A stretch of DNA of 64,000 nucleotides from Pseudonocardiaceae bacterium (lineage in GTDB: Bacteria; Actinomycetota; Actinomycetes; Mycobacteriales; Pseudonocardiaceae), in contig DASVLX010000155.1 of the NCBI GenBank assembly GCA_036384655.1, forward strand, positions 10,110 to 74,109, written 5' to 3'. The notes under the pieces were generated by a model that did no database searches, had not been told where the DNA came from, and saw only the letters and a list, made by a program, of their open reading frames with translations. The position numbers and the translations under genes were made by a program. This document shows positions 1 to 9,128 of the stretch, one piece after another (within the stretch, counting starts at the first letter, position 1; every line of letters begins with the position of its first letter).

Positions 1-1
1 G

Positions 2-1312
2 GCCGCGGCGAAGAAGACGACGACCAAGCGGGCGACCGGCACGCGCACCACCAAGCGCGCCGCGTCGACCTCCAAGACCGCCCCCGCGAAGGGGACGGCC
101 AAGGGGGCGAAGGCGCCCGGCAAGACGACCAGGACGTCGGCCAAGACCGCCGCCAAGGCGGGCACCAAGGGTGCCAAGCCGGCCGGCGAGGGCGACGAGG
201 CCGACACCGAACTTGAGGGCGATGTCTCGCCCGAGGACGTCGAGCTGGAGGACGTCGAGGTCGATCTCGTCGAGGACGTGGTCGAGGAGGTCTCGGACGA
301 GGCGGCCAAGGACGCCAAGGACGGTGACTTCGTCTGGGATGAGGAGGAGTCCGAGGCGCTGCGCCAGGCGCGCAAGGACGCCGAACTCACCGCGTCCGCG
401 GACTCGGTACGTGCCTACCTCAAGCAGATCGGCAAGGTGGCGCTGCTCAACGCCGAGGAGGAGGTCGAGCTCGCCAAGCGCATCGAGGCCGGGCTCTACG
501 CCGCCGAGCGGTACCGCAAGGCCGAGGAGAGCAGCGAGAAGCTGTCCACCCAGATGCGCCGTGACCTCCGGTGGATCATCCGGGACGGCGAACGCGCCAA
601 GAACCATCTGCTGGAGGCGAACCTCCGGCTGGTCGTGTCGCTGGCCAAGCGCTACACCGGCCGCGGCATGGCCTTCCTGGACCTGATTCAGGAGGGCAAC
701 CTCGGCCTGATCCGCGCGGTCGAGAAGTTCGACTACACCAAGGGCTACAAGTTCTCCACGTACGCCACCTGGTGGATCCGCCAGGCCATCACCCGCGCCA
801 TGGCGGACCAGGCCCGCACCATCCGTATTCCGGTGCATATGGTCGAGGTCATCAACAAGCTCGGTCGCATTCAGCGTGAACTTCTCCAGGATCTGGGTCG
901 CGAACCCACTCCGGAGGAACTCGCCAAGGAAATGGACATCACCCCGGAGAAAGTACTGGAAATCCAGCAGTACGCCCGGGAACCCATTTCCCTCGACCAG
1001 ACCATTGGTGACGAGGGTGATTCTCAACTCGGTGACTTCATCGAGGACTCCGAGGCCGTGGTGGCGGTGGACGCCGTGTCGTTCACGTTGCTTCAGGACC
1101 AACTCCAGTCCGTGCTGGCCACGCTCTCCGAGCGGGAGGCCGGTGTGGTCCGGTTGCGGTTCGGCCTGACCGACGGTCAGCCCCGCACCCTGGACGAGAT
1201 CGGTCAGGTCTACGGGGTGACCCGGGAGCGCATCAGGCAGATCGAGTCCAAGACCATGTCCAAGCTGCGCCACCCGTCGCGCTCCCAGGTGTTGCGCGAC
1301 TACCTCGACTAG
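2..1312 (+). CDS. hrdB: RNA polymerase principal (group 1) sigma factor, HrdB/SigA type; 5' end cut by window edge
   Basis: The frame of listed ORF 278..1312 stays open back to nt 2, giving a K/A/T-rich N-terminal tail typical of actinobacterial principal sigmas. Region 1.2-4 motifs: [119 protein letters not shown]. Confidence 0.95.
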   Translation, partial: AAAKKTTTKRATGTRTTKRAASTSKTAPAKGTAKGAKAPGKTTRTSAKTAAKAGTKGAKPAGEGDEADTELEGDVSPEDVELEDVEVDLVEDVVEEVSDEAAKDAKDGDFVWDEEESEALRQARKDAELTASADSVRAYLKQIGKVALLNAEEEVELAKRIEAGLYAAERYRKAEESSEKLSTQMRRDLRWIIRDGERAKNHLLEANLRLVVSLAKRYTGRGMAFLDLIQEGNLGLIRAVEKFDYTKGYKFSTYATWWIRQAITRAMADQARTIRIPVHMVEVINKLGRIQRELLQDLGREPTPEELAKEMDITPEKVLEIQQYAREPISLDQTIGDEGDSQLGDFIEDSEAVVAVDAVSFTLLQDQLQSVLATLSEREAGVVRLRFGLTDGQPRTLDEIGQVYGVTRERIRQIESKTMSKLRHPSRSQVLRDYLD

Positions 1313-1339
1313 GGCCCTCGATCAAGATCCAGGACCAGC

Positions 1340-1377
1340 AACGAACCGGGCCGCGGATGTTCGCGGCCCGGTTCGTT
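1340..1377 (+). terminator. Intrinsic terminator-like hairpin after hrdB
   Basis: Perfect 16-bp stem aacgaaccgggccgcg (1340-1355) / cgcggcccggttcgtt (1362-1377) with 6-nt loop gatgtt, 28 nt after the hrdB stop. Confidence 0.75.
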
Positions 1378-1420
1378 GTCTCGGTGGGCCGTCCGTGCGG
1401 CCGCCCGGCGCCGTCTCGCA

Positions 1421-1495
1421 TCGTCACGGGCGGCACTGTCACGGGCGGCATCGTCACGGGCGGCATCGTCACGGGCGGCACTGTCACGGGCGGCG
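1421..1495. repeat. 5 x 15-bp tandem repeat (tcgtcacgggcggca / ctgtcacgggcggca)
   Basis: Five head-to-tail copies read directly from the sequence, in the intergenic region. ORFs 1357..1668(+) and 1233..1487(-) merely read through it (VTGGT / PPVTM peptide repeats). Confidence 0.9.
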
Positions 1496-1879
1496 CTGGA
1501 GAAGCGCTCGATCCACGGTTGCCTGGGTCAATCCCAGTTGACGAGACACCGAAAACGGACCTGTCCGCTGAGGGCGAACAAACAATTTCGGTCTACAGAG
1601 AGCGTAGATCCGAAGCCAAATTCCGTGACCGAGATCACTTTTATGGCCAAAATTTGATCGCAGCGTGATCATTCGTCACGGACAGAAACGAAAAGAATGC
1701 TCGGCGCTGCGACAAACGGGTACTCCTCGCGTGACTCGCATCCCAACAGCTCGGGAACACTTGCAGTCCTTAGAACGTCTGCAAGAGTGGAAGTAAGCGA
1801 GCACGCGGCGAGCCGGTCCGACGTGGTCGTAGCTGAAGCGGTGCCGGGCCACCGGTGCCGGGACGGAGGGAGAGACTCC

Positions 1880-2062
1880 ATGCAAACGACACTCACCCGC
1901 CCCGCGTTGACTGCTGCTGACCGTTGTGACCGTTGCGGGGCCGCCGCACGGGTGCGGGCCATTTTTCCGTCCGGAGGCGAGCTGCTGTTCTGTGCGCACC
2001 ACGCGCGTGAGCACGCCGCCCGGCTGCACGAACTGGCGGCGGAGGTCCAGAGCGAAGAATGA
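1880..2062 (+). CDS. Small conserved actinobacterial Cys/His protein found next to hrdB (recalled as DUF7455 family)
   Basis: Internal ATG at 1880 preceded by ggagggagag. Product MQTTLTRPALTAADRCDRCGAAARVRAIFPSGGELLFCAHHAREHAARLHELAAEVQSEE has the CDRCG...FCAHH pattern I recall for this family. The upstream part of ORF 1697..2062 is AT-rich and looks non-coding. Confidence 0.7.
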   Translation: MQTTLTRPALTAADRCDRCGAAARVRAIFPSGGELLFCAHHAREHAARLHELAAEVQSEE

Positions 2063-2079
2063 TCGATCGCCAGCCAGGC

Positions 2080-2119
2080 GACCAAGGGCGCGAGATCGCG
2101 AGATCTCGCGCCCTTGGTC
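2080..2119. terminator. Bidirectional terminator hairpin between convergent genes
   Basis: Perfect 18-bp stem gaccaagggcgcgagatc / gatctcgcgcccttggtc with 4-nt loop gcga, between the stop at 2062 (+) and the stop at 2165 (-). Confidence 0.8.
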
Positions 2120-2164
2120 TGTCTCGGGTCTGGTCCGTCTCGGGTCCTGTCTGGCCTGGGTCCG

Positions 2165-3340
2165 CTAGCCACCCAGCACCGGCTCGAACGCCAGCTCGGC
2201 GGCGCCCAGCAGTTTGGCGTCCGCGCCCAACGCGGCGGTGACCACCCGTACCCCGCCCAGCGCCCGGCTGACCAGGCTGCGTTCCCGCACCAGCCGCTGG
2301 ACATGCTCGACCAGCGCCGGTGGCAGGGCGGTGAACAGGTCACCGAGCACCAGCAGCTCCGGGCTGAGCAGATTGCTCAGGTTGCACAGCCCCAGCGCCA
2401 GCCACTCACCGAACTCGCTGAGCCTGACCAGCACCTCGGTGGTGTTGCCGGCGATCCCGCGCAGCTCCGCGACGATCGCGCCCCGCGTGGTCGTCTCCGG
2501 CAGGCCCAGCGCCCGGCACAGCGCGTGCTCCCCCACCTCGGTCTCCCAGCAGCCCCGGCTGCCGCAGTAGCAGGGCCGGCCGTCGGGTCGCACGACCATG
2601 TGTCCGACCTCGCCGATGTGATGGCCGCCGGCGCCGCTCAGCGACGTGCCACCCGCGATCGCGCCGCCGCCGATACCCACGTCGGCGCTGATGTAGACGA
2701 CGTTGGCGGTGCCTCGGGCCGCGCCGCGCAGGAACTCCGCCAGACCACCCAGCTCACCGTCGTTGCCGATATGCACCGGCACCCGCAGCGCGTGCGACAA
2801 CCAGGCGCCCAGCGGCACGTCCGTCCAACGCAGGTTCGGCAGCTCGTGCACGAACCCGTCCTCATGCCGCACCACGCCGGGGACCGACACGCCGACGGCG
2901 GCCACCTCGACGCCCAGCTCCTCGATCAGCGGCACCGCGACGTCGATGATCTTGGTGAACACCTCACGCGGCTCGCCGGTGTCCCGGCCCAGCCTCGCCC
3001 TGGCCCGGCCGAGGATCTCCCCGCCGATGCCGACCAGGGCCAGCGCGACCTGCTCGACCTGGATGTCCACCGCGAGCACGACGGCGGCCTGGGCCTGCGG
3101 CAACACCAGCAGCGAGGGCCGGCCCACGCCGCTGCGCTGGGCCGGCGACTTCTCCGCCACCAGGCCGTCCTCGGCGAGGCCGTCCACGAGCGCCTTGATG
3201 GTGCTGCGGTTGAGTCCCAGCTCGGTGGCGAGTTCGGCGCGGGTGCTCGGCCCGTGCACGTGCAGCCGGCGCAGCAACGCCGCCCGGTTGTGTCGTCGGA
3301 CGTCATCAGGCCTGGTGCCGAGCCCGGGTGCGGTTGTCAC
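2165..3340 (-). CDS. ROK-family transcriptional regulator
   Basis: N-terminal winged HTH (VRRHNRAALLRRLHVHGPSTRAELATELGLNRSTIKALVDGLAEDGLV) followed by a ROK sugar-kinase-like fold with the zinc motif GHMVVRPDGRPCYCGSRGCWE. GTG start. Last gene of the sugar ABC cluster. Confidence 0.9.
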   Translation of the reverse strand: MTTAPGLGTRPDDVRRHNRAALLRRLHVHGPSTRAELATELGLNRSTIKALVDGLAEDGLVAEKSPAQRSGVGRPSLLVLPQAQAAVVLAVDIQVEQVALALVGIGGEILGRARARLGRDTGEPREVFTKIIDVAVPLIEELGVEVAAVGVSVPGVVRHEDGFVHELPNLRWTDVPLGAWLSHALRVPVHIGNDGELGGLAEFLRGAARGTANVVYISADVGIGGGAIAGGTSLSGAGGHHIGEVGHMVVRPDGRPCYCGSRGCWETEVGEHALCRALGLPETTTRGAIVAELRGIAGNTTEVLVRLSEFGEWLALGLCNLSNLLSPELLVLGDLFTALPPALVEHVQRLVRERSLVSRALGGVRVVTAALGADAKLLGAAELAFEPVLGG

Positions 3341-3392
3341 CTCCCGTGCTCCACCATCGACTGGCCACCTCGGACCACCCAGTCACCCATTC

Positions 3393-4961
3393 TCAGCGCA
3401 GGATCGTGACACGGCGTCGCGACAGGGCGTCGACGGTAGCCGCGATCAGCAGTACCAAGCCAGTGATGATATTCACGGTCGCCGCCTGGTAACCCAACAG
3501 TCCCAGCCCGTTCTGCACGGTGGCCAGCACCAGACCGCCGATCACCGCGTCACGAAGCCGGCCGCGGCCGCCGAACAGCGAGGTGCCACCGATCACCGCC
3601 GCGCCCACCGCGAACAGCAGCGTGTTGCCGTTGCCGGCGTTGCCGTCCACCGAACCGATCTTCGACGTGTAGACGATCGCGCCGAGCGCCGCGACGGACG
3701 AGCAGATCACGAACACGCTCATCCGGATCTGGTCGACCTTGACACCGGCCCGGCGGGCCGCCTCCCGGTTGCCGCCGACCGCGTAGACATGCCGGCCGTA
3801 CCGGGTGCGGTCCAGCACGAACGTCCCGACCGCCAGCAGCACGAGAATGATCGGCACCACGTACGGCACACCCCGGATCGTGGTCAGGTCCGGGTTCGGC
3901 GAGCGGTTGAGGGTGAACAGGAAGGTGGCCGCCGCACCGACCACCAGCACCGCCAGCGACTTCACCACCACCACCGTGGTGGGCTGCGCGACCAGGCCCT
4001 GCCGCAGCCTGCTGAAATGCCGGAACAGCACGACGACCGAGTAGCCGCCACCGAACACAACGAACAACAGCCAGCTGCCGAGCACGGTGAGGTTGCCATT
4101 GGTGACCGCGAACAACACCGGGCTCTGCCGGATCGACAGCTCGCCGCCCTGCCCGACCAACTGCTCGATCACGCCGTACCAGGCGATGAACAGCGCCAGG
4201 GTGACCACGAACGCCGGAATGCCGATCTTGGAAACCATGAAGCCGGTGAGCACACCGATGATCGTGCCCACCGAGATCGCCAGCACGATCTCAAGCCACG
4301 GATTGGCCGCGAAGCCGGCGACCATGATCACGACGACGACCAGCGACAGTGCGGTGCCGATCCAGATCCGGGCCAGCGCGGACAGCACGGCGGCCACCAG
4401 GGCACCGACCAGGAACGCCCAGAACACCGTGGTGCCGAACGCGCCCAGCAGGTTGCCGTGGTTGACGAAGTGCAGCGCCATCACCGCGGCGGCCACGCCG
4501 GAGGCGGTGCCCGCGGACAGGTCGATCTCGCCGAGCAGCAGCACCGGCACGATGCCCATCGCGATGATGGTCTGCCCGGCACCCTGTTCGAACAGGTTGG
4601 CCACGTTGTTGAGGGTGAGGAAGTTCCCCGACAGCAGTGCGAACACGACAACCAGCGCCGCCAGCCCGAGCAGCGCCGGCAGCGCGCCCAGCTCGCCGCC
4701 GCGCACCCGGCGGAAGTAGTCGCGGATCGCCTCCACCGTCGACAGCGCTGTGGTGTCGATGCCGAAGTCGGAGACCACGGCGGGCGCCGACGGCCCCAGC
4801 GCCGGTCCCATCTTCATCGCCGAGGATGTCTCCTCGGTCGTCTGGTCGGCTGTTGTCGTGATGGTCTCGGTGCCGGCGTCACCGGTGTTCCTGGCGCCGG
4901 TCTTCGTGCGGGCCCTCACACGGGACCTGGTGCCGGTCCTGCTGCTCGACGTGTCGTCCAT
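3393..4961 (-). CDS. CUT2-type monosaccharide ABC transporter permease
   Basis: Multi-TM protein with typical xylose/ribose-type permease segments (GEIDLSAGT, GGTSLFGGRGR). Start set at the internal ATG at 4961, preceded by gggagga, 29 nt after the ATPase stop. The ORF as listed runs to 5006. Confidence 0.85.
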   Translation of the reverse strand: MDDTSSSRTGTRSRVRARTKTGARNTGDAGTETITTTADQTTEETSSAMKMGPALGPSAPAVVSDFGIDTTALSTVEAIRDYFRRVRGGELGALPALLGLAALVVVFALLSGNFLTLNNVANLFEQGAGQTIIAMGIVPVLLLGEIDLSAGTASGVAAAVMALHFVNHGNLLGAFGTTVFWAFLVGALVAAVLSALARIWIGTALSLVVVVIMVAGFAANPWLEIVLAISVGTIIGVLTGFMVSKIGIPAFVVTLALFIAWYGVIEQLVGQGGELSIRQSPVLFAVTNGNLTVLGSWLLFVVFGGGYSVVVLFRHFSRLRQGLVAQPTTVVVVKSLAVLVVGAAATFLFTLNRSPNPDLTTIRGVPYVVPIILVLLAVGTFVLDRTRYGRHVYAVGGNREAARRAGVKVDQIRMSVFVICSSVAALGAIVYTSKIGSVDGNAGNGNTLLFAVGAAVIGGTSLFGGRGRLRDAVIGGLVLATVQNGLGLLGYQAATVNIITGLVLLIAATVDALSRRRVTILR

Positions 4962-4989
4962 GACTGGGGTTCCTCCCTTCCGTCCGAGC

Positions 4990-5763
4990 TCAGATCGTCG
5001 CGACATCGGGACGCGCCAGACCGAGATCGCCGGACCGGCCAGAGGTGATCAGTTCGACGACGGTGCTGCTGGTGACGTCCTTGGCGAACACCTCGGCGGC
5101 CAGTCGACCGAGGTAGAGAACCGCGATGCGGTCCGCCACCTCGAACACGTCGTTCATGTTGTGACTGATCAGTACCACGCCCAGGCCGTGTTCGGCGAGT
5201 CTGCGTACCAGATCGAGAACCTGGCGGGTCTGTGCCACGCCGAGTGCGGCGGTGGGCTCGTCCAGCAGCACCACCTTGCTGTTCCACAGCACGGCCTTGG
5301 CGATCGCCACGGTCTGCCGCTGGCCGCCCGACAGCGCCGACACCGGCACGCGCACCGATTTCACCGTGCGCACCGACAGCGAGGCGAGAGTGCGGCGTGC
5401 GGCCAGTTCCATCGATGCCTCGTCCAGCAGGCCGGAGCGGACGTTCTCCCGGCCCAGGAACATGTTCTGGACGATGTCGAGGTTGTCGCACAGCGCGAGA
5501 TCCTGGTAGACGACCTCGATGCCGAGCGCCGCCGCGTCCCGGGGGCTGTGCACGTGCACCGGCCGGCCCTCGAAGACCACCTCGCCGGAATCGGGCGCGT
5601 GGATACCGGCGATGCACTTCACGAGCGTCGACTTGCCGGCGCCGTTGTCGCCGACCAGGGCCGTCACCTCACCGGCCCGAACGTCCAGGTTCACGTCGTG
5701 CAGCACGTGCACCGGACCGAAGCTCTTGTTGATGTCGCGCATGGCGAGGATGGGTTCACTCAT
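4990..5763 (-). CDS. Sugar ABC transporter ATP-binding protein (single NBD)
   Basis: Walker A GDNGAGKST, signature LSGGQRQ, Walker B VVLLDEPTAAL. Start set at ATG 5763 (MSEPILAMRDINKSFG). The upstream 32 codons of the listed ORF look non-coding. Confidence 0.9.
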   Translation of the reverse strand: MSEPILAMRDINKSFGPVHVLHDVNLDVRAGEVTALVGDNGAGKSTLVKCIAGIHAPDSGEVVFEGRPVHVHSPRDAAALGIEVVYQDLALCDNLDIVQNMFLGRENVRSGLLDEASMELAARRTLASLSVRTVKSVRVPVSALSGGQRQTVAIAKAVLWNSKVVLLDEPTAALGVAQTRQVLDLVRRLAEHGLGVVLISHNMNDVFEVADRIAVLYLGRLAAEVFAKDVTSSTVVELITSGRSGDLGLARPDVATI

Positions 5764-5943
5764 GTCCACTCCGTGGGGAGTCGGGCTGTGGGAAACGCTG
5801 CTGTGGAAACGTTGCTGCTGCTGGGACAGTCTGCTGGTCAGGACTGGACGGCTACACACGGGACGGCTGACACACGGGACGCCGTGGTGGGGTCCGGGGC
5901 GCGCCGCACCCCACCACGGCGAGCCTGTCGCCGGTCAGCAGGG

Positions 5944-7056
5944 TCAGGCGATGCCGAGCTGGGCGCAGACCGGCACGGTCGGCCCGGTACAGATGTCGCT
6001 GGCCTTCACATAACCCTGCTTGACGACCACACCCACGTTGTTCTTGGTGATGGACTGCGGCGTCAGCAGGACGGACTTGACCTGCCGTTGCGAATTCGGG
6101 TCGGTCACGGTATTCGAGGCGTAGGCGCTGGCGGCGGCGGTGTTACCGCCGGCGAGGTCCACGGCGAGCTTCGCGGCGGCGTCGGCCTCCTCCTGGATCG
6201 GCTTGAACACCGTCGAGTACTGCACACCCTCCAGGACGTTCTGCAGTCCCGCGGCGGTGGCGTCCTGGCCGGTCACCGGAACCTTCCCGGCCAGGCCGTT
6301 CTTCTGTAGCACAGTGATGATCGCGCCGGCCAGGCCGTCGTTGGCGGCGAGCACGCCGTCCACCGTGCCGCCGTTGGCGGACAGCAACTGCTCGAAGGTC
6401 GTGCCGCCCTTCTGGTTGTCCCAACCGTCGATGAACTGGCTGGCCACCAGCTTGAGCGTGCCGGCGTCGTAGAGCGGCTTGAGCACCTGCTCCTGGCCGT
6501 CGTGGAACTGGGTGGCGTTGTTGTCCGTCGGCGAGCCCTCGATCTCGATGACCCGCGCGCCGGGCTTGCCGGCCAGCGCGTCCTTCAACGCGGTGCCCTG
6601 CAGCTGGCCGACCCGAACGTTGTCGAAGCTGACGTAGTAGTCGGCGCTGCCGCCCGCGTTGAGCCGGTCGTAGTCGATCACCGGCACGCCCTGCTGCCTG
6701 GCCTTCTGCTCCACCGTGGCGCCGACGTTGCCGCTCGGCGCGGCGATGATCAGCACCTTCACGCCCTGGCTGAGCATGCTGTCGGCGTACTGGGAGAACT
6801 TCTGGTTGTCGCCCTGGGCGTTCTCGATGATCGGGTTCAGACCCGCCGAGGTCAGGGCCTTACGCAGCATGGGGGCGTCGAAGTCCGCCCACCGGGCCGA
6901 GGTGGCCGTCTCGGGCAGGATCACGCCGATCTTGGGACCGTTGGCCGCTGCCGCGCTGGAACCGTCGGAGCTGGCCGTGCTGTTGGCCCCACATGCCGTC
7001 AGGACCATCGCCAGTCCCGAGCCCGCGGCGATCAGGGCGAGGGAGCTCTTGCGCAT
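5944..7056 (-). CDS. Sugar ABC transporter substrate-binding lipoprotein (XylF/ChvE-like)
   Basis: Internal ATG at 7056 gives MRKSSLALIAAGSGLAMVLTACG (lipobox LTAC). A periplasmic-binding-protein type I fold sequence follows. Confidence 0.85.
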   Translation of the reverse strand: MRKSSLALIAAGSGLAMVLTACGANSTASSDGSSAAAANGPKIGVILPETATSARWADFDAPMLRKALTSAGLNPIIENAQGDNQKFSQYADSMLSQGVKVLIIAAPSGNVGATVEQKARQQGVPVIDYDRLNAGGSADYYVSFDNVRVGQLQGTALKDALAGKPGARVIEIEGSPTDNNATQFHDGQEQVLKPLYDAGTLKLVASQFIDGWDNQKGGTTFEQLLSANGGTVDGVLAANDGLAGAIITVLQKNGLAGKVPVTGQDATAAGLQNVLEGVQYSTVFKPIQEEADAAAKLAVDLAGGNTAAASAYASNTVTDPNSQRQVKSVLLTPQSITKNNVGVVVKQGYVKASDICTGPTVPVCAQLGIA

Positions 7057-7210
7057 GTTGGCGTCCTCTCGATCGCTACCAGTCTCAGGTGTCGAGAATG
7101 TTGCGGCCGGCAACATTTGGAATGTTGTGGGTCACAACTTATGACGCGCGCGAGCGCAGCACAAGGGTGAAATGTGGCGCTCCTCACCCGTAACCCGTGC
7201 CCGGCGTGTA

Positions 7211-8950
7211 TCACCAAGAGCGGAGCGTAGCGATGCGCTCCTCGAGCTGTTCCACGGTGGCCATCGCGGTCGGCGGGCCGCCGCAGGAGCGGCGGAGTTC
7301 GCCGTGGATCGCGCCATGCGGCTTACCGGTCCGGTGGTGGTACATCGCCACCAGCGTGTTCAGTTCCTTACGCAGCGCGGCGAGCTGCTCGGCGACCGTC
7401 CGCGGCCGGACCGAACGGGGTGTGGGCCGTTCCTCCTCGGCGGCCGCGGCCGCCCGGGAGGCACGCGCCAGCTGCCGCTCCTGGCGCTGGCGCAGCAGGC
7501 TCCGCACCTGGTCGGGCTCCAGCAGGCCGGGCAACCCGAGGTAGTCCTGTTCCTCCGCGCTGCCGGCGAACGTCGCGGTGCCGAACGACGCTCCGTCGTA
7601 GATCACCTGGTCCAGTTCGGCGGAGGCGCTCAACGCGGTGAACGCGCGCTCCTCCTCGCCCGGCTCGTCCCTGGTCCGGTTGGCCTCGGCGAGCAGTTCG
7701 TCGTCCCAACCGTCCTTCTCCCGGTCCGGCTTGCCGAGCACGTGGTTCCGCTCGGCCTCGATCTGGCTGGCCAGTTCCAGCAACACCGGCACGCTGGGCA
7801 CGAACACGCTGGCGGTCTCACCGGGCTGGCGGGCACGTACGAACCGGCCCACCGCCTGGGCGAAGAACAGCGGAGTGGAGGCGCTGGTGGCGTACACGCC
7901 GACGGCCAGCCTCGGCACGTCCACACCCTCGCTGACCATCCGCACCGCGACAAGCCAACGGGCGTCGGAGGCCGCGAAGTCGGCGATCCGGCCGGATGCC
8001 TTCGGGTCGTCGGAGAGCACCACGGTCGGCTCTTCGTCGGCGATCGTGGCGAGGATCTTCGCGTACGCCTTCGCGGAGTCGTGGTCCGAGGCGATGACCA
8101 GCCCGCCGGCGTCCGGCATGCCGCCGGCCCGCAACTGGGTCAGCCGGGTGTCGGCGGCGCGCAGCACCGCCGGGATCCACTCGCCGCCCGGGTCCAGGGC
8201 GGTCCGCCAGGCGCGGGCGGTCTGTTCGGCGGTCATCGGCTCGCCCAGCCGCGCGGTGAACTCCTCCCCCGCGCTGGTTCGCCAGCTCGCCTCGCCGGAG
8301 TAGGCGAGGAAGATCACCGGCCGCACCACGCCGTCGCGCAGCGCGTCGGCGTAGCCGTAGCTGTGGTCGGCGAGGCTGCGCAGGAATCCGGCCTGGTCGG
8401 GTTCGTATTTCACGAACGGGATCGGCGTGTCGTCACTGCGGAACGGGGTTCCGGTCAGCGCGAGTCGCCGGGTCGCCGGCGTGAACGCCTCCCGGATCGC
8501 GTCACCCCACGACTTGGCGTCCCCGCCGTGGTGGATCTCGTCCAGGATGACCAGCGTCTTGTGCCGTTCGGTGCGCACCCGGTGCCGCGCGGGATGCGCC
8601 GCCACCTGCGCGTAGGTCACCGCGACGCCACGGAAGTCGGCGGAGGTCGCGCCGGTGCTGTTGCGGAAGTTGGCGTCGATCGGGATGCCCACGTCCCGCG
8701 CGGCCGCCGCCCACTGGTGTTTGAGGTGCTCGGTGGGCGTCACCACGGTCACCGAGGCGACCGTCCGGTCGGCCAACAGCTCGGCCGCGACACGCAGGCC
8801 GAACGTGGTCTTACCGGCGCCCGGCGTGGCCACGGCGAGGAAGTCGCGCGGCCGGCGGGCCAGGTATTTGGTTAACGCCCGGCGCTGCCACGCCCGCAAG
8901 GGCGGCACTGGAACACGATCGGCCAGGTCCATTTCGACGGCCTCGGCCAC
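7211..8950 (-). CDS. Superfamily 2 DEAD/DEAH-box (DEIH) helicase
   Basis: Motif I ATPGAGKT, motif II LDEIHH, motif III-like LTGTPFR, motif VI QAVGRFVR. 579 aa. Confidence 0.85.
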   Translation of the reverse strand: MAEAVEMDLADRVPVPPLRAWQRRALTKYLARRPRDFLAVATPGAGKTTFGLRVAAELLADRTVASVTVVTPTEHLKHQWAAAARDVGIPIDANFRNSTGATSADFRGVAVTYAQVAAHPARHRVRTERHKTLVILDEIHHGGDAKSWGDAIREAFTPATRRLALTGTPFRSDDTPIPFVKYEPDQAGFLRSLADHSYGYADALRDGVVRPVIFLAYSGEASWRTSAGEEFTARLGEPMTAEQTARAWRTALDPGGEWIPAVLRAADTRLTQLRAGGMPDAGGLVIASDHDSAKAYAKILATIADEEPTVVLSDDPKASGRIADFAASDARWLVAVRMVSEGVDVPRLAVGVYATSASTPLFFAQAVGRFVRARQPGETASVFVPSVPVLLELASQIEAERNHVLGKPDREKDGWDDELLAEANRTRDEPGEEERAFTALSASAELDQVIYDGASFGTATFAGSAEEQDYLGLPGLLEPDQVRSLLRQRQERQLARASRAAAAAEEERPTPRSVRPRTVAEQLAALRKELNTLVAMYHHRTGKPHGAIHGELRRSCGGPPTAMATVEQLEERIATLRSW

Positions 8951-9128
8951 GGATAGTCGCTCCTCCCGACGGTTCCCGGCATGGCCTCACATGGCGGCTG
9001 TTGGCAGTTTACCGGTCACAAGAGCCACGCGAGACGATGACGACCCGCGCACAAGCCGCGCACAACCAGCTAACAACCAGTGGCCAACGGCCGGACAATG
9101 AGGCTGACATGCACCATGCTGGACGCCA

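Noticed and set aside
2703-5048. 781-aa plus-strand ORF over the ROK and permease genes. Similar long shadow ORFs at 38002..40965(+), 58932..61289(+), 19615..21447(-), 22519..24741(-), 7172..8875(+), 49349..51196(+)
   Set aside because: Each lies antisense to, or out of frame with, a gene that carries unambiguous family motifs. Their products are low-complexity and R/P/G/A/H-rich. They are GC-driven artefacts.
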